NCBI GenBank assembly: GCA_963745035.1
Contig: CAVUVW010000021.1
Span: 224,001-288,000, forward strand
Direction of reading: 5' to 3'
DNA length: 64,000 bases
From: an uncultured delta proteobacterium
Lineage (GTDB): Bacteria > Desulfobacterota > Binatia > UBA9968
Shown here: piece by piece, positions 61,422 to 64,000 of the stretch
Numbering within the stretch: position 1 is the stretch's first letter
Layout: the number at the start of each line of letters is the position of its first letter
The notes under the pieces: model-generated
Databases searched by the model: none
Seen by the model: only the letters and a program-made list of their open reading frames with translations
Told to the model about the DNA's origin: nothing
Position numbers and translations under genes: made by a program

Positions 61422-62276
61422 ATGGATATCCATGTGAGCCCGCAGATAGAAAGATTGATCCGCGATGCTCTGGACGAGGACATCGGTGCCGGCGATCTGG
61501 CGACGATGGCGACGATCGCGGCCGAGTCGCGCGGCACCGGATTGTTCCGCGCCAAAAAAGCCGGCGTCGTCGCCGGCTTGGTCTTGCTCGAGCGTATCTT
61601 CTATTTCATCGACCACCGGGTGGAGGTGCGCTTACGCGCCAGGGACGGCGCGGAGGTCAAAGAAGGAATGGTCGTCGCCGAAGCGGTCGGACCGGTGCGC
61701 GCGCTGCTTCTGGCCGAGCGCACCGCGCTCAACTTTCTCCAGCGGCTCTCGGGCAACGCGACGTTGACGCGCAAGTACGTCGAAGCGGTCAAAGATTTCC
61801 CCTGCAAGGTTCTCGACACGAGAAAAACCACGCCCGGCCTGCGCACTCTGGAAAAATACGCCGTACGCATGGGCGGCGGCATGAATCATCGGATCGGTCT
61901 CTACGACGCCGCTTTGGTGAAAGACAACCACATCGAAGCGACCGGCTCGATCGCCGAAGCGGTAAAAGCGGTGCGGCGCCACGCGCCGTTCATGGCGAAG
62001 GTGGAGGTGGAGGCGAGCAGCCTCAAGCAGGTGCAGGAGGCGCTCGATGCCGGGGCGGACGTGATCATGCTCGATAACATGACCCTGGCGCAGATGGCGG
62101 AGGCCGTCAAGCTGGTCGATCATCGCGCGCGCGTCGAGGCCTCCGGCGGCATCACGCTGGAAAACATCCGCCAGGTGGCGGCCACCGGCGTGGACTACAT
62201 CTCGTCGGGCGCGCTGACTCATTCCGCGCCCGTGGTCGATTTCAACATGAAGATCACCATGAATGCCGGCAAGTGA
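61422..62276 (+). CDS. nadC: Quinolinate phosphoribosyltransferase
   Basis: ERTALNFLQ, DTRKTTPG, KDNH, LDNM, EASGG. Confidence 0.95.
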   Translation: MDIHVSPQIERLIRDALDEDIGAGDLATMATIAAESRGTGLFRAKKAGVVAGLVLLERIFYFIDHRVEVRLRARDGAEVKEGMVVAEAVGPVRALLLAERTALNFLQRLSGNATLTRKYVEAVKDFPCKVLDTRKTTPGLRTLEKYAVRMGGGMNHRIGLYDAALVKDNHIEATGSIAEAVKAVRRHAPFMAKVEVEASSLKQVQEALDAGADVIMLDNMTLAQMAEAVKLVDHRARVEASGGITLENIRQVAATGVDYISSGALTHSAPVVDFNMKITMNAGK

Positions 62277-63093
62277 GATTCCAGGCAAAGCGCCGGCGCA
62301 AGCGCCGCTGGATGTAGCGCAGCTTCGCGAGCTTATAAAAGCCAAACGGCTGGGCGGCAAGCTTCATTATTTCTCCCAAATCGGCTCCACCAACAGTCAT
62401 GCTCGCGAGCTCGCCGAACGCGGCGCGGCCGAGGGCGAGATCGTCATCGCCGAAGCGCAGACCGAGGGGCGCGGCCGCTTGCGGCGGCGTTGGGAGTCGC
62501 CGCCGTTTGCCAATCTTTATCTTTCGATAATTCTCCGGCCGCGCTTGCCGGCGCGGCATGCGCCGCAGATCACCCTGACCGCGGCGGTGGCGCTCGCCGA
62601 TACGGCGGCGTTCTTTCTGCGCCGGCCGCCCGCGATCAAGTGGCCGAACGACATTCTTGTCGACGGCAAAAAACTCGCCGGCATTCTCACCGAGGCCGCG
62701 TGCGCCGGCGAGCGGATCGACTACGTCGTCCTCGGCATCGGCGTCAACGTCAATTATCGCCGCGACGCCATGCCGGAAGAGCTGCGCCGGCGCGCGACTT
62801 CTCTGGCCGATTCGATGGGAAAGGCTATCTCGCGCGAAAGCGTGCTCGTGCGATTGATTCACGACCTGGACAGATGTTATGGAGAGCTTGAAGAGGCCGG
62901 TTTCGAGGCTTTACGGTCGCGCTGGCTGGCGCGGTTTGACTTGCGCGGCCGGGAGATTCGAGTCGAGCACGGCGGTCAAACCGTTGTCGGGCGCGCCATC
63001 GGCATCGACCCCGAAGGGGGACTGATCGTCGAAGATAACCGAGGGCAAAGCCGCACGATCGTCGCCGGTGATGTGGTGCCAGTGGAACGTTGA
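62263..63093 (+). CDS. birA: Biotin--protein ligase
   Basis: STN, QTEGRGR..R.W, KWPND, KKLAGIL. Confidence 0.93.
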   Translation: MPASEIPGKAPAQAPLDVAQLRELIKAKRLGGKLHYFSQIGSTNSHARELAERGAAEGEIVIAEAQTEGRGRLRRRWESPPFANLYLSIILRPRLPARHAPQITLTAAVALADTAAFFLRRPPAIKWPNDILVDGKKLAGILTEAACAGERIDYVVLGIGVNVNYRRDAMPEELRRRATSLADSMGKAISRESVLVRLIHDLDRCYGELEEAGFEALRSRWLARFDLRGREIRVEHGGQTVVGRAIGIDPEGGLIVEDNRGQSRTIVAGDVVPVER

Positions 63094-63104
63094 TACGGAA
63101 ACTC

Positions 63105-63899
63105 ATGCTGCTCGCGATCGATATCGGCAACACCAACATCGTTCTCGGCCTGTACCAGGGCAAAAAACTCATCACTCACTGGCGCCTGGCGACGCAGGCG
63201 GAGCGCACCGCCGACGAATACGGCGTGATCATTTCCCAGCTCATCGATTACTCCGGGCACCGCTGCCGGCAGATTTCCGCCATCGCGGTATCGTGCGTCG
63301 TGCCGCCGATGCTGACCACGACGCAGGAACTCGCCGACAAGTTCTTCCAAATCGATCCCTTGATCGTCGGTCCCGGGATCAAGACCGGCATGCCGATCCT
63401 TTACGAAAATCCCAAGGAGGTGGGCGCGGACCGGATCGTCAACGGCATCGCCGCCTACGAAAAATTTCACGACGCCTGCATCATCGTCGATTTCGGCACG
63501 GCGACGACCATCGACCTCATTTCCAAGAAGGGCGAGTACATCGGCGGCGCCATCGCGCCGGGCTTGTCGATTTCTCTGGAGGCTTTGTTCCAGCGCGCCT
63601 CCAAGCTGCCGCGTATCGAGATCGTCAAGCCCAAGGAAGTGGTCGGGCGCAATACGATCCAGTCCATACAGGCCGGAATTTTCTACGGCTACGTCGGCCT
63701 GGTGGACGGCATCGTGCGGCGGATTCAACAGCAGTTCGGCGCCCCGACCCAGGTCGTGGCGACCGGCGGGCTTGCTCCACTGGTGGCCTCGGAATGTTCC
63801 AGCATCGGCGCGGTGGACGAGTTTTTGACCCTTGACGGTTTGCGCATCATCCACGAGCGCAATGCGCTTCAGGAAGTAAAAGCGCGAGCTCAAACATAG
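63105..63899 (+). CDS. coaX: Type III pantothenate kinase
   Basis: IDIGNTN, GADR, VDFGTAT, GGAIAPG, ATGG. Confidence 0.95.
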   Translation: MLLAIDIGNTNIVLGLYQGKKLITHWRLATQAERTADEYGVIISQLIDYSGHRCRQISAIAVSCVVPPMLTTTQELADKFFQIDPLIVGPGIKTGMPILYENPKEVGADRIVNGIAAYEKFHDACIIVDFGTATTIDLISKKGEYIGGAIAPGLSISLEALFQRASKLPRIEIVKPKEVVGRNTIQSIQAGIFYGYVGLVDGIVRRIQQQFGAPTQVVATGGLAPLVASECSSIGAVDEFLTLDGLRIIHERNALQEVKARAQT

Positions 63900-63927
63900 C
63901 AAATCCAATAAGGAGGAGCCCATCGAC

Positions 63928-64000
63928 ATGGCTGCAGCGGAGCCAGATAAACTTCGTAGCGTCGGCATTGTAGGTCAGGGAGGTTCGGGCAAGACCTCTT
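63928..64000 (+). CDS. fusA: Elongation factor G(-like), 5' end only
   Basis: AAGGAGG RBS; MAAAEPDKLRSVGIVGQGGSGKTS P-loop. Confidence 0.7.
   Translation, partial: MAAAEPDKLRSVGIVGQGGSGKTS

Overview
GC-rich bacterial chromosomal window. The gene repertoire suggests a Candidatus Binatia/Desulfobacterota-like organism (inference only). Most of it is housekeeping and metabolic: lgt, a cation:H+ antiporter, a chromate transporter pair, TTT and TAXI solute receptors, rnd, aroE, the prkA-yeaH-spoVR triad, an RfaH-like gene plus a histidine kinase, a VOC/diiron/FAH cluster, tenA, the aceE-aceF-lpdA operon with lplA, thrB, csp, a lone nuoB, ubiE/ispB, puuD, and valS-nadC-birA-coaX-fusA. Many single-base frameshifts, especially in the PDH operon, look like assembly errors. 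The most notable accessory features are two small integrase-less elements. One sits at tRNA-Met(CAT): about 3.4 kb plus a decayed tandem copy, with terminase remnants. The other sits at tRNA-Leu(CAG): about 1.3 kb. Each is bounded by a duplicated tRNA 3' end and keeps short repeated arm-type motifs at both ends. Both carry an intact member of the same uncharacterised 103-aa 'WPPVW...EIGDLD' protein family, each with its own apparently leaderless sigma70 promoter. Also notable are a candidate RSPP-type ribosome-arrest leader peptide with a structured leader upstream of the antiporter, and a beta-repeat/caspase-like (His-Cys) fusion protein.
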